Assembly (NCBI GenBank): GCA_965217895.1
Contig: CBDCJV010000002.1
Coordinates: forward strand, 3,232,001 to 3,296,000
From: Waterburya sp.
GTDB taxonomy: Bacteria > Cyanobacteriota > Cyanobacteriia > Cyanobacteriales > Xenococcaceae
Length of the DNA: 64,000 nt
Direction: 5' to 3'
Shown here: positions 1 through 9,915 of the stretch, one piece after another
How the letters are laid out: each line of letters begins with the position of its first letter
Position numbering within the stretch: position 1 is the first letter of the stretch
The notes under the pieces: generated by a model
Told to the model about the DNA's origin: nothing
Database searches by the model: none
What the model saw: only the letters and a program-made list of their open reading frames with translations
Program-made: the position numbers and the translations under genes

Positions 1-363
1 ACCTCTTTGGTTAACTGTTTCCTCTTCACCAATTAATTCCTCCGTCAAAAAAATATCCAGAACTTTACCACGCCAGAAACCAGCGTATTTGAAGCGTCGA
101 TTGGCAGAATTACGCAAACTTGCCTGATATACGGGACACCATAACCAATATAGAGAAGCAGCACCACCCAATAGCAAAATCAAGGCTTGTCCCTGATCTC
201 CCAGTAGCAAGCCTAAAATCAAAACTACAACTATTGCCACCACCGAAATTAGCAGCCGATTTAAGACATCTGACCATTTACCCCAATAATATTTGTATTG
301 TTCTCCTGTAGCAATCAAGGGAATTAACTGTTCCATTTTTTCCCTGGTTATGGGCTTAAGCAT
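1..363 (-). CDS. Conserved cyanobacterial membrane protein, runs off the window edge
   Basis: Read manually (not in ORF track): ATG at 363, open to position 1, MLKPITREKMEQLIPLIATGEQYKYYWGKW...two hydrophobic helices...YAGFWRGKVLDIFLTEELIGEEETVNQRG; directly downstream of dapB. Confidence 0.8.
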   Translation of the reverse strand, partial: MLKPITREKMEQLIPLIATGEQYKYYWGKWSDVLNRLLISVVAIVVVLILGLLLGDQGQALILLLGGAASLYWLWCPVYQASLRNSANRRFKYAGFWRGKVLDIFLTEELIGEEETVNQRG

Positions 364-393
364 AAGGAATTTTTAACTAGATCTAAATCAACG

Positions 394-1221
394 CTACACT
401 ATTTTTTCTAAACCATATACCAAAGAAGCCAGTTCAGTCACCTTGCGAATTGCCAGTAACACCCCTGGCATATAGCAAGAGCGATCGCTGGTATCATGAC
501 GTAGAGTATAAAGTTCACCAGGCGAACCAAATAATACCTCTTGATGGGCAATCAACCCAGGCAAACGAATACTATGAATGGGAATATTGCCGTCTGCTGT
601 GCCACCTCTAGCACCAGCCATCGTCTCTTTCGATTCAACTTTGGGCGGATTGTAAGCTTTGCCCATTTCCCCTATCATTTGAGCGGTTTTGATAGCTGTA
701 CCACTAGGGGCATCGGCTTTGCGATCGTGATGCAGTTCAATAATTTCTACGTGGTTAAAATATTTAGAAGCGGTAATGGCTGCTTGCTGAAGCAGCACCA
801 TGCCAATGGAAAAATTAGGAATAATTAGTGTGCCTGTACTAGCTTTGTCGGCGAATTCGGTGAGATCTTGTAATTGTTTGTCCGTTAAACCTGTAGTTCC
901 CACAACTGGACGAACTCCATAGGCGATCGCGCTGCGAGTATTTTCATAGACACTATCAGGGTGGGTAAAATCTACCATTACCCCCTGTACTTTTTCTTGA
1001 GTGGCTAAGACCAAAACACTCTGCAAATCATTCAAAACAGGAACTTCTAACGCACCGACACCAATGATTTCTCCTATATCTTGACCTAAACAATCAGGAT
1101 TAAGATCTACTGCGCCGACTAACATCATGTCCTCAGCCTGAGATACAGCTTTGATTACCTCTCTGCCCATTTGACCCAAAGCACCATTAACAACTACGGG
1201 AATCGGCGATTTATCTGTCAT
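394..1221 (-). CDS. dapB: 4-hydroxy-tetrahydrodipicolinate reductase
   Basis: GALGQMG nucleotide-binding motif, [25 protein letters not shown] signature. Confidence 0.97.
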   Translation of the reverse strand: MTDKSPIPVVVNGALGQMGREVIKAVSQAEDMMLVGAVDLNPDCLGQDIGEIIGVGALEVPVLNDLQSVLVLATQEKVQGVMVDFTHPDSVYENTRSAIAYGVRPVVGTTGLTDKQLQDLTEFADKASTGTLIIPNFSIGMVLLQQAAITASKYFNHVEIIELHHDRKADAPSGTAIKTAQMIGEMGKAYNPPKVESKETMAGARGGTADGNIPIHSIRLPGLIAHQEVLFGSPGELYTLRHDTSDRSCYMPGVLLAIRKVTELASLVYGLEKIV

Positions 1222-1439
1222 TTGTATTTATTTTTAGCAAAAGTCCTCAGAAAAATAATTTTAGATCAAATCGGCTAAAGCCGACCAATACTTTAAAACT
1301 AGTTCCTGCATTGACTAAAAATCAAAAAATAATAAAGTCGTTTTATAGCGTTTTTTAGTTGAGTAAAACCTAATCTCAGATAAACTAATTAAAAAAATAA
1401 GCATCGAGATAATTGACGGCTGATGTAGATGAAACTAGC

Positions 1440-2168
1440 CTATTGAGTCAGTTTCATACTCGTTTGCAATTTTTTTGCCTCTTGATAATAAGCAGAATTT
1501 CTTGATAGTAAGGCTGCTGCTGCTGCTGCCTGTTTTAAATTTCCGCTAGCAGCTCGACGATTAGCAATAAGATATATTTGCTCGTTCCATTGCTTAATAA
1601 GATCTTGAGCTTCTGAATATTGCTCGACTCCTGAGTTTATTTTCTGTAATATACCAATCGCTCTATTGTAGGATGAGGCTTGCCCAGGTTTGATGCTTGC
1701 TTTTGCTTGAGCCAAATAATTTTGGTATAGATTCTGTTTTCGCGCTCTTGATTGCCATATTTGAACTGCTTCAGTTGCTTTTTGAGCAATCAATTTAGTC
1801 GAAGAATCATTTTGAGGCGTAAGTTTAGCAGCAGCGATCGCACCTGACAAATCTCCTTCACTAGCTCTTCCATAAGCAATATCCAAAATCACTTTACTCC
1901 AACGAGCAATGTCAGCTTGCGCCTGTTGAAAAAAAGGAGAATCTGGTTGAATTTCTTTAGCTTGGTTAATTGCTCGATTGAAAGTGGAAGCTTGATTGTT
2001 TTTGAGATATATTCTATTTGAATCAGGCAAATAATCTACTTGCTGAGAATTCAAATCGGTATAAATTTTAGGATTTTGGTCATTTAAGTAATCTAATGAT
2101 TGAGTGACAGCGATTACGCCCACTGCACCTATACCTACACCCGTTAAAATATTAATTAGTTTACTCAT
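1440..2168 (-). CDS. Hypothetical protein with N-terminal membrane anchor and repeated helical units
   Basis: 242 aa; hydrophobic N-terminus; internal repeat QASTFNRAINQAKEIQP / QASSYNRAIGILQKINS. Confidence 0.7.
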   Translation of the reverse strand: MSKLINILTGVGIGAVGVIAVTQSLDYLNDQNPKIYTDLNSQQVDYLPDSNRIYLKNNQASTFNRAINQAKEIQPDSPFFQQAQADIARWSKVILDIAYGRASEGDLSGAIAAAKLTPQNDSSTKLIAQKATEAVQIWQSRARKQNLYQNYLAQAKASIKPGQASSYNRAIGILQKINSGVEQYSEAQDLIKQWNEQIYLIANRRAASGNLKQAAAAAALLSRNSAYYQEAKKLQTSMKLTQ

Positions 2169-2359
2169 GCAATTACTTAAATAATTAAATATTCCTCTCT
2201 AAAATAAATAACAAGTTGAGAATTTTTAGATCCAAATTTCTAAAATTAAATATCCAAAGAAGACTTGAAAGTTGTTCATTACTGTTTTTGATGATGTCAC
2301 TCGTAACAGCACTGTTCATCGTTCAAAATCATACGAGTTGATTTAATTTTGCTTTTATC

Positions 2360-2518
2360 TTATAACCTTTCCCTTAACCTCGTATATCTCTGCTGCTGCT
2401 TAACTTGCTTAACAGCGATCGCAATAGCTCTTTGTGAGCCGACAATCAACGCCAGCTCCTTAGCTCTAGTTAACGAAAGTGTAAACAAATTGCGACTCAG
2501 CATAATGTATTGCTGTAT
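2360..2518 (-). pseudogene. C-terminal remnant of a RecD2-like ATP-dependent helicase
   Basis: Minus-strand translation IQQYIMLSRNLFTLSLTRAKELALIVGSQRAIAIAVKQVKQQQRYTRLRERL* resembles the RecD2 C-terminus (motif VI, normally RNLxYTxxTRA); the rest of the gene is absent. Confidence 0.75.
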
Positions 2519-2538
2519 TTAAGTTTGAGATAATTAAT

Positions 2539-2934
2539 TTATGCGAGCGAATCAATTAACTTTGACACTCGTTGCTCGATTTCGTTCCTGACGCGCTGAA
2601 AAGTCTCTATGGGTCGTCCATCAGGATCGTCCAAACCCCAATCTTCAAATACTTCTTGCTTAACCCACTCAGGAGGTAAAGTTGTACCACAGCCACACAT
2701 AGAAATTACCGCATCGTAGTTATCAGCATCAAAGTCATTTAAAGAATCAGAAGTCTGGTTACTAATGTCTATACCAACTTCAGACATCACTTTAATAGCA
2801 GTGGGATGAACACGGCTGGCTTCTAAACTCGAAGAAGCAACTTCTACTTTTCCCTTACCTAAAGTTCTAGCAAATCCTTCCGCCATCTGCGATCTACAGG
2901 AATTATGACGACAGACAAACATTATTTTTTTCAT
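2539..2934 (-). CDS. arsC: Arsenate reductase, LMW-PTP fold (cyanobacterial glutaredoxin-dependent type)
   Basis: CRHNSCRSQMAEG P-loop, MCGCG, DWGLDDP; last gene of acr3-arsH-arsC. Confidence 0.93.
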   Translation of the reverse strand: MKKIMFVCRHNSCRSQMAEGFARTLGKGKVEVASSSLEASRVHPTAIKVMSEVGIDISNQTSDSLNDFDADNYDAVISMCGCGTTLPPEWVKQEVFEDWGLDDPDGRPIETFQRVRNEIEQRVSKLIDSLA

Positions 2935-2950
2935 TGATTTTAGTTGTTAT

Positions 2951-3450
2951 TTATTTATTAATAGCTTTTGCTTTTCTTTCGCTGTGGCGATCGCTAAGGT
3001 AATCAACCCGATCCCGTAATAAGAGAGTAAACTTATAGAGTTCTTCCATTACGAAATTCTTAAAGTATTGACTGCATTAAAAGACTGTGAACCTCCGCTA
3101 ACCTGTATCACAGCTAAAGTTTTTCCTTGAGTTGGACGAACCGAACCGATATTTAAAGGTATCCAATCAATTTGATTTTTCAAAATTCCTGTAATGTTAC
3201 CGTGCATTTCAGGAGAAGACCAAACCTGACCCTCAGACCAAAGACTTAGACCTCGCAATTCCTGAACTTTTGGGTGAGTTTCATCTACCTGCCCTCTTAA
3301 GGGAAGTTCACGGGGATCGTAAAATTTCACTTCTGCGCCCATGTCAGCAATAATTCTGGCTGCTTCTTCTGCTACCAAACGGCTATAGGAGCGTTCTCGC
3401 AGTGAGCCATATAAAAATAATATTCTCGGTGGATGATTAAAATCTGACAT
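2951..3450 (-). pseudogene. arsH: ArsH NADPH-dependent FMN reductase, inactivated by an internal deletion/frameshift
   Basis: [31 protein letters not shown] then stop at 3049; the ArsH-like C-terminus [33 protein letters not shown] follows in another frame (3052-2951); the conserved GRWMRM..PNQSSV segment is missing. Confidence 0.88.
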
Positions 3451-3457
3451 TTGCTTG

Positions 3458-4597
3458 CTACTTACAACATCTAGGATCTAACAAAGTTGCTTTTTCTGGC
3501 TCTCTAGGAAACCAAGAGGCAGTTTTTTTGCAAAACTCAACCAGCATCAGCATTACAGGAACTTCAATCAATACGCCGACAACGGTTGCTAAGGCTGCGC
3601 CTGAATTTAAGCCAAACAAAATTATGGCAGTAGCGATCGCAACTTCAAAATGATTACTCGCACCAATTAAGGCAGCAGGGGCAGCATCTTCGTAAGTTAA
3701 GCCTAGTTTTAGGGCTGCCACATAAGTAATGAAAAAGATAAAGGTAGTTTGTAAAAACAAAGGAATGGCAATCAACAGTATATGCAAAGGGTTATTAGAA
3801 ATTAGCTCTCCTTTGAAGGCAAAGAGTAACACCAAAGTAATCAACATAGCTGCGATCGCTACTGGGGAAAGATACTCTAAAAACTGCGTCTCAAACCACT
3901 TTCTGCCCTTGTATTTAAAAATTAGATAACGGCTCAAGATTCCTGCAATTAGAGGCAGTCCAACATAAATTAGCACTGATAAAACAATAGTCTGCCAGGG
4001 AACAGTTAAATGATTTGCTGACAGTAGCCATTTACCCAAAGGTGCATAAAGAAACAACATTGCCAAAGAGTTTACCGCCACCATCACTAAAGTGTGTCCC
4101 TGATTGCTATAAGAAAGATAGCCCCACATCAACACCATCGCCGTACAAGGAGCAATTCCTAGTAAGATTACTCCTGCAATATAGGAATCGGCCAAAGCTA
4201 CTTCTAGCCCCCTAATAGTTTCTGTAGCACTGAGTAAAGGGCGAAATAGCCAACCAAGGAAAAATTGGGCAAAAGCGACCATGGTAAAAGGTTTAATCAG
4301 CCAGTTAATTACCAAAGTCAGAATTACGGGTTTAGGAGTCTTAGCTGCCTGCACTGCCTGGGAAAAGTCAATCTTGACCATGATGGGATACATCATGAAA
4401 AAGAGACAGATGGCAATAGGCAGAGAAACGTTATAAACGCTCAGATTATCTAAAGTCTGGGCAATACTAGGAAATAATTTGCCGAGAATAATTCCCCCCA
4501 TAATGCAGGCTATTACCCACAAGGTTAAATACTTCTCAAAAAAACTAAGCTGACTCCCTGCCCTTATGGCATTGGACTTACTTGAAGAATTACTCAT
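3458..4597 (-). CDS. acr3: ACR3 family arsenite efflux transporter
   Basis: [44 protein letters not shown]; likely start at MSNSS (4597) rather than 4651. Confidence 0.95.
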   Translation of the reverse strand: MSNSSSKSNAIRAGSQLSFFEKYLTLWVIACIMGGIILGKLFPSIAQTLDNLSVYNVSLPIAICLFFMMYPIMVKIDFSQAVQAAKTPKPVILTLVINWLIKPFTMVAFAQFFLGWLFRPLLSATETIRGLEVALADSYIAGVILLGIAPCTAMVLMWGYLSYSNQGHTLVMVAVNSLAMLFLYAPLGKWLLSANHLTVPWQTIVLSVLIYVGLPLIAGILSRYLIFKYKGRKWFETQFLEYLSPVAIAAMLITLVLLFAFKGELISNNPLHILLIAIPLFLQTTFIFFITYVAALKLGLTYEDAAPAALIGASNHFEVAIATAIILFGLNSGAALATVVGVLIEVPVMLMLVEFCKKTASWFPREPEKATLLDPRCCK

Positions 4598-4670
4598 TAA
4601 AATAAAAATAATTTTGATTGCAATATGGCTTTGTGTCCTCATGACCAACATTTGAAAAGCCTACAATCAA

Positions 4671-4692
4671 CATATCAAAAAAAGTTGATATG
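4671..4692. promoter_or_regulatory. Putative ArsR operator
   Basis: Inverted repeat CATATCAA-N6-TTGATATG upstream of acr3; minus strand reads ATCAACTTTTTTTGATA, close to the ArsR box I recall for Synechocystis arsBHC (ATCAAGTTTTTTTGATG). Confidence 0.75.
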
Positions 4693-4793
4693 ACGGTTAA
4701 GATAAGATTAACAGTTTTAGATTATGGCGATCGCTATTCACACTAGGAAGCCACCTAGCGTAAAATTAAGATCATCCAACAAGCATTTCAATC

Positions 4794-5393
4794 ATGTTAA
4801 TTAAGGCAAATTTACCCATAAATCGCGATAAATTCAGCCAACAAGATCAGATACTAACTATTACTGGAGCAACTTGGTCGGATTACCAAAGATTTGAGTC
4901 TCAAGAATATCCAGGTTATCGAGTTTCTTATTTTAATGGAGAAATAACGGTTGTGTCCCCTGGGCGAAATCATGAAAGAATTGCTGCGGTAATTGACCGA
5001 TTAATTATTGCTTACTGTGAAAAATATAATCTTGATGATTTTCCTTTTGGACAGACAAGATTAAACCTATGGGGACAGGCAGGAAGAGAACCAGATCTTG
5101 CTTATGCTTTTAATTTCGATAAAGATTTGCCAGACTTAGTAGTGGAGGTAATTTTTAGTAGTGGTGATCTTGAAACCTTAAAATCAAGCTATAGAAATAT
5201 TGGTATTCCTGAACTATGGGTTTGGAAAGACAATAAAATTATCTTTTATGCAATTGAACAAGACGACTATGCTGTCGTTGAATCAAGTAGAACACTTACT
5301 CGCATAAAACCAGAATCCTTCGTCAAATATATTAATCGAGGAATCACAGAAAGTCCATCCTTAATCAAAAAAGATTTTTTGAAAGACATCTAA
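4794..5393 (+). CDS. Uma2 (DUF820) family PD-(D/E)XK endonuclease-like protein
   Basis: TWSDY, SPGRNHE, EPDLAY, PDLVVEV, YRNIGIPELWVW. Confidence 0.9.
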   Translation: MLIKANLPINRDKFSQQDQILTITGATWSDYQRFESQEYPGYRVSYFNGEITVVSPGRNHERIAAVIDRLIIAYCEKYNLDDFPFGQTRLNLWGQAGREPDLAYAFNFDKDLPDLVVEVIFSSGDLETLKSSYRNIGIPELWVWKDNKIIFYAIEQDDYAVVESSRTLTRIKPESFVKYINRGITESPSLIKKDFLKDI

Positions 5394-5407
5394 TTAGTAC
5401 TGGGCAG

Positions 5408-6403
5408 TTAAGACTCAGCTTTTGGTGCAGATTCTTGTGGTTGAGGTTCAGGAGTTTGGGACTCTTGTTTAGTTTCTTTTGCGGCTTCTTGTTTAGCTTC
5501 CTTTGGTTCTGGTTCAGGATTTTGCGCTTTTTCCCATCTTTCCTCAGCGTTTGCCATTACCTGCTCAAGTTTTTCTGTATTCTCCCCTGGATATCCTTCT
5601 AAAGCTTTAATAGAGAGAGACATCCGATTTTGCACCTCATCAATTTGCTTGATGATTACTTTGATTTCTTGTCCCACTTCAAAGACTTTATCTAAAGATT
5701 CAATCCGCGCGCCACTAATTTCTTTGATGTGTAATAAGCCTGTTGCCCCTTCGAGATCGACAAAGACACCGTAGGGCTTAATATTAACTATCCTACCTGG
5801 CATTAATGCACCTTCGATAATGTTGTTCATTGCCACAGCGCGCATTGCATCTCGCTGAGATAAAACCAGCTTTCTATTTTCTTGGTTTACTTCTAGAAAA
5901 GTAGCGGTAAGAAGTTGTCCCGTAAGTGAGTCTAAGTTATCTCGCTGTTGTAGGTGCGATCGCGGGATAAATGCCCTAAGACCCATAACTTCCCCTGTTA
6001 CACCGCCTTTATTAGCTCCTGTAACCCTTATTTGAGTTGACTTACCAGTCTCTGCCATTTCTTTGATTTCTGCCCAAGCTCGATCTAACGCCATCTGGCG
6101 AACAGAGAGAGTAACTTGTCCTTCAGAGTCTTGTTCACGAATAATCAAAAATTCTTTGGTTTCACCAACGGGTAAAACCTCTGCCAAATTATCTACAAAC
6201 CCTAAAGCAGCCTCGTTAGTAGGTACAAAGGCAGGAGACTTGCCACCAATATCAACATACGCCCCTTCCGAAGTAATTTGAACTACCGTACCCTGCACTT
6301 TTTGTCCTTTAGAAAATTCATAGTCATATTCCTGGAGAGCATTCTCAAAATCTTCCATAGAGAAAGCTTGAGCAGACTTAGGGGCAGAAGTTGAATCAGA
6401 CAT
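5408..6403 (-). CDS. S1 RNA-binding domain protein (second ribosomal protein S1 homolog)
   Basis: Three S1 repeats (GAYVDIGGK, RAFIPRSHL, YGVFVDL..GLLHI); acidic low-complexity tail; likely start MSDST at 6403. Confidence 0.9.
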   Translation of the reverse strand: MSDSTSAPKSAQAFSMEDFENALQEYDYEFSKGQKVQGTVVQITSEGAYVDIGGKSPAFVPTNEAALGFVDNLAEVLPVGETKEFLIIREQDSEGQVTLSVRQMALDRAWAEIKEMAETGKSTQIRVTGANKGGVTGEVMGLRAFIPRSHLQQRDNLDSLTGQLLTATFLEVNQENRKLVLSQRDAMRAVAMNNIIEGALMPGRIVNIKPYGVFVDLEGATGLLHIKEISGARIESLDKVFEVGQEIKVIIKQIDEVQNRMSLSIKALEGYPGENTEKLEQVMANAEERWEKAQNPEPEPKEAKQEAAKETKQESQTPEPQPQESAPKAES

Positions 6404-6532
6404 AATAAAGTGAATGGTAAATATTAACGGATAGGAGTTCAAACTCCCCATTGCCTAAAAGCATATCCCACAATAAGCGGGATAGGATAGAATGTCGATC
6501 TGACAAACGAAACTGAGTAAATTGTAAACTAC

Positions 6533-7270
6533 TTATAGCTTTTGGCTAAACAAGTCTAGCACTTTTTTCCAAGCATCTTTAGCTGCATCAGGACTATAGC
6601 TGTCACGGCAATCGCACATAAACCCGTGAGTTGCCCCTGCATAACGAAATAGCTGATGGGGAATATTTTGTTTTTTTAACTCTGCCTCTATTTGCTCTGT
6701 TTGTTCATTGGGAATCAAGGGATCTTCTGTGCCAAAGAAGGCGTAGACTGTGCCTTTAATATCCTTAGTTCTATTTATAGTTGGTTCGTCTTCTCCAGGA
6801 CACCAGGTGGCAATTTGTGCGCCATAAAAAGAAGCTGTCGCTGCCACATCTTTGAGGGTAGCTGCTAAGTAGACAACATGACCGCCAAAGCAAAAGCCAA
6901 TTGTGCCTACTCCTGAGCGTTTCACTTCAGGTAAACTATAAAGATAGTTAATTGTAGCCTGTACATCGCTTAATAATTCACTGGCTTGAGTTTGCTCTTT
7001 ATATTTTCTGCCCAGCTTCATGTCCTCGTCTGTATAGCCAGCCTCAAATTCTGGTGCTTGACGCTGATAAATAGTAGGTGCGATCGCTACATATCCTTCT
7101 CTGGCTAATCTTCTAGTAACATCCCGAATATGTTCGTTTACACCAAAAATTTCTTGAATCACTACTACAGCAGCATAAGTACCTGATGCTTCGGGTATTG
7201 CTAAATAGGCATCTATTTCTAACTCTTGATTGGGAACTTTGATCCAATCACTAGATATTGCTATTTCCAT
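6533..7270 (-). CDS. Dienelactone hydrolase family protein
   Basis: QEIFGVN, GFCFGG nucleophile motif, HGF. Confidence 0.93.
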   Translation of the reverse strand: MEIAISSDWIKVPNQELEIDAYLAIPEASGTYAAVVVIQEIFGVNEHIRDVTRRLAREGYVAIAPTIYQRQAPEFEAGYTDEDMKLGRKYKEQTQASELLSDVQATINYLYSLPEVKRSGVGTIGFCFGGHVVYLAATLKDVAATASFYGAQIATWCPGEDEPTINRTKDIKGTVYAFFGTEDPLIPNEQTEQIEAELKKQNIPHQLFRYAGATHGFMCDCRDSYSPDAAKDAWKKVLDLFSQKL

Positions 7271-7277
7271 AATTACT

Positions 7278-7498
7278 GATTGCTATTTGGTGGGCAATAA
7301 AAGCTTAATGATAGATAAAATGTAAAACTATTTTTTGCCCACCCTACAATGTTCAATGTTTATTGATAACTGTTCATTGTTCATTGTTCAATGTTGAAGA
7401 TTGCTATTTGGTGGGCAATAAAAGCTCAATGATAAATAAAATGTAAAACTATTTTTTGCCCAGACTACGATGTTCAATGTTTATTGATAACTGTTCAA
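7278..7498. repeat. Tandem duplication of about 100 bp (period 121) containing a REP-like hairpin
   Basis: 7278-7377 and 7399-7498 are near-identical; each has GGTGGGCAA...TTGCCCA(CC/GA)CTAC; TGTTCAT/TGTTCAA heptamers at the junction. Confidence 0.92.
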
Positions 7499-7500
7499 TG

Positions 7501-8139
7501 TTACAAAACTCCCTTGGAACTAGGAATCGTCCCACCACGGCGAGGATCGGGTTCAGTCGCCATGCGCACTGCACGGGCAAAAGCCTTAAAAGTCGCTTCA
7601 ATAATGTGGTGCGAATTAATACCGTCGATCTGGCGGATATGGAGGGTCATTTGCGAATGATTGACCACTGCTACAAAAAACTCTCTAATCAACTGAGTAT
7701 CATAAGTGCCGACTCTTTGGGTAGGAATTTCTAAACCGTAGCTAAGGTGTGGTCTGCCTGAAAAATCTAGGGCTACCTGTACCAAAGCTTCATCTAGGGG
7801 AGCAACGAAATGACCAAAACGGACAATGCCTTGGCGATCGCCTAAAGCTTTAGCTAAAGCCATGCCTAAAGTAATGCCTACGTCTTCATTAGTATGGTGA
7901 TCGTCAATCTCGATATCTCCAGTGGCTTTGACGTTGAGATCGATTAAACCATGGGCAGAAATTTGGTTCAGCATATGGTCGAGAAAAGGAATGCCTGTAT
8001 CGGCATGACATTTGCCTGTGCCATCTATGTTTAACTCGACCTGAACATCTGTTTCCCCTGTGGTACGACTTACAGATGCTGTTCTACCCAAGCTTAGAGA
8101 ATGATTATCTGGTGGGGATTGGCGATCGCTAAGTTGCAT
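7501..8139 (-). CDS. hisB: Imidazoleglycerol-phosphate dehydratase
   Basis: [36 protein letters not shown]. Confidence 0.97.
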   Translation of the reverse strand: MQLSDRQSPPDNHSLSLGRTASVSRTTGETDVQVELNIDGTGKCHADTGIPFLDHMLNQISAHGLIDLNVKATGDIEIDDHHTNEDVGITLGMALAKALGDRQGIVRFGHFVAPLDEALVQVALDFSGRPHLSYGLEIPTQRVGTYDTQLIREFFVAVVNHSQMTLHIRQIDGINSHHIIEATFKAFARAVRMATEPDPRRGGTIPSSKGVL

Positions 8140-8189
8140 TATTACTCCTTGATATACAGTTTATTTTAATTATGAACCGAAGGAGGTTA

Positions 8190-8220
8190 ATAGCTAAGAG
8201 CTAAAAGCTAAAAGCTAAAA
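8190..8220. repeat. Short heptamer tandem repeat (AGCTAAA type)
   Basis: tagctaagagctaaaagctaaaagctaaaa; related array on the other strand at 43737-43756. Confidence 0.6.
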
Positions 8221-8224
8221 AAAA

Positions 8225-9001
8225 TTACATTCCCATGATTTCATATCCAGAATCAACATAGATAACTTGACCTGTAATGCCACTAGCAAGATCGCTACAC
8301 AAAAATGCTGCGGTATTACCTACTTCGGTTTGGGTTACGGTTCGACGTAAAGGAGCGGTTTCTTCTACGTGGCGAATCATATCTAAAATGCCTCCTACAG
8401 CCGATGAAGCCAAGGTACGAATAGGGCCTGCCGAAATAGCATTGACGCGAATGTTATCTTGCCCTAATTCAGCAGCTAAGTAGCGCACGCTCATTTCTAA
8501 GGCAGACTTGGCTACTCCCATAACATTGTAGTTAGGAATAACTTTGACTCCCCCCAAATAAGAAAGAGTAACAATACTACCTCCTTCGCTCATTAATGGT
8601 TTTGCTCTAACCGCTAGGGAATTAAGAGAATAACTACTGATATCTAGAGCTTTAGCAAAACCCGCTCTAGAAGTGGCAGAAAAATCCCCTGTCAAATCTT
8701 CTTTTTCGGCAAAAGCCAGACAATGAACCAAGATATCTAGTTTGCCCCATTTTTCAGCGATCGCAGCAAACATGGAGTCGAGTAATTCATCATCCTGCAC
8801 GTTACAGGGAAGAATAATGCTGGGATTAATTGGCTCAACCAAATCTCGCACTTTTTTTTCAAAGCGTCCTCGTTCATCGGGAAGATAATTAACGCCTATG
8901 TTAGCACCAGCTTTATGTAGCTGCTGGGCAATACCCCAAGCAATAGAACGATTGTTAGCTATTCCTGTAACAAAAGCATTTTTTCCAGTTAAATCTAGCA
9001 C
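8225..9001 (-). CDS. fabI: Enoyl-ACP reductase
   Basis: GIANNRSIAWGIA, YNVMGVAK, ISAGPIRTLA; GTG start. Confidence 0.97.
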   Translation of the reverse strand: MLDLTGKNAFVTGIANNRSIAWGIAQQLHKAGANIGVNYLPDERGRFEKKVRDLVEPINPSIILPCNVQDDELLDSMFAAIAEKWGKLDILVHCLAFAEKEDLTGDFSATSRAGFAKALDISSYSLNSLAVRAKPLMSEGGSIVTLSYLGGVKVIPNYNVMGVAKSALEMSVRYLAAELGQDNIRVNAISAGPIRTLASSAVGGILDMIRHVEETAPLRRTVTQTEVGNTAAFLCSDLASGITGQVIYVDSGYEIMGM

Positions 9002-9169
9002 GGTCGTTTTCCAATTTCAGTTGCCATTATCTATCCTACAACTGCCTGGGGAAGTAAATTTAATTGCATCTATTAAAAGTAAGAAAAAAATTTAGGTTTA
9101 GAGTATGAGAATATAGAGTTGTATAGCATAATTTATCAATAAAGTATCTCTAGCTTAACTTTAGGTTAT

Positions 9170-9847
9170 ATGGAACTTCCTTTGACACAACATCAGCCCT
9201 TATCATCAGTCTTTCGTAAACTTGGTCGCGGTTCTTTTCCTCCCATCGTGGAAAGTTTTGAACGTGGCAAAACTATTTTTTTCCCAGGTGATCCAGCCGA
9301 AAGAGTATATTTTTTACTCAAAGGTGCGGTTAAGCTATCCCGTGTATATGAAGCAGGAGAAGAAATCACAGTAGCTTTACTCAAAGAGAATACCGTGTTT
9401 GGCGTACTTTCTTTAATTACAGGACAAAAAAGCGATCGCTTTTATCATTCGGTAGCGTTTACCCCCGTCGAACTTTTGTCTGCCCCCATTGAACAGGTAG
9501 AAAAAGCTCTGCAAGAAAATCCTGAATTATCTTTGCTAATGTTAAAGGGATTATCTTCTCGCATTTTACAGACAGAGATGATGATCGAAACCTTGGCTCA
9601 TCGGGATATGGGTTCGCGTTTGGTTAGCTTCTTGCTAATATTATGTCGTGACTTTGGTATGCCAACCGAAGAAGGCATTAAAATTGATCTAAAACTGTCT
9701 CATCAAGCGATCGCCGAAGCAATTGGTTCTACAAGAGTTACGGTGACTAGGCTTTTAGGCGACCTGCGGGATAAAGAAATGGTTTCCATTCATAAGAAAA
9801 AAATTACCGTGTATAATCCTGTAGCATTGAGTCAGCAGTTTGCCTAA
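9170..9847 (+). CDS. ntcA: Global nitrogen regulator NtcA (CRP family)
   Basis: [47 protein letters not shown]; divergent from fabI. Confidence 0.97.
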   Translation: MELPLTQHQPLSSVFRKLGRGSFPPIVESFERGKTIFFPGDPAERVYFLLKGAVKLSRVYEAGEEITVALLKENTVFGVLSLITGQKSDRFYHSVAFTPVELLSAPIEQVEKALQENPELSLLMLKGLSSRILQTEMMIETLAHRDMGSRLVSFLLILCRDFGMPTEEGIKIDLKLSHQAIAEAIGSTRVTVTRLLGDLRDKEMVSIHKKKITVYNPVALSQQFA

Positions 9848-9915
9848 TGATGTTCAAGCCATCTCGGTTAAAAAGGTTAAATTGTCAACTGAAAATTTAT
9901 TTTTAATCATTTCTA

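Noticed and set aside
120..311. 63-aa plus-strand ORF
   Set aside because: Shadow of the minus-strand gene at 1-363
3049..3060. Programmed frameshift restoring ArsH
   Set aside because: A conserved internal block is physically missing, so recoding could not give a full protein
7278..7498. Possible two-repeat CRISPR
   Set aside because: The whole ~100-bp unit is duplicated, including the would-be spacer
9054..9067. NtcA autoregulatory site GTA-N8-TGC
   Set aside because: Imperfect, and the nearest TAN3T is 25 bp away rather than about 22; not supportable
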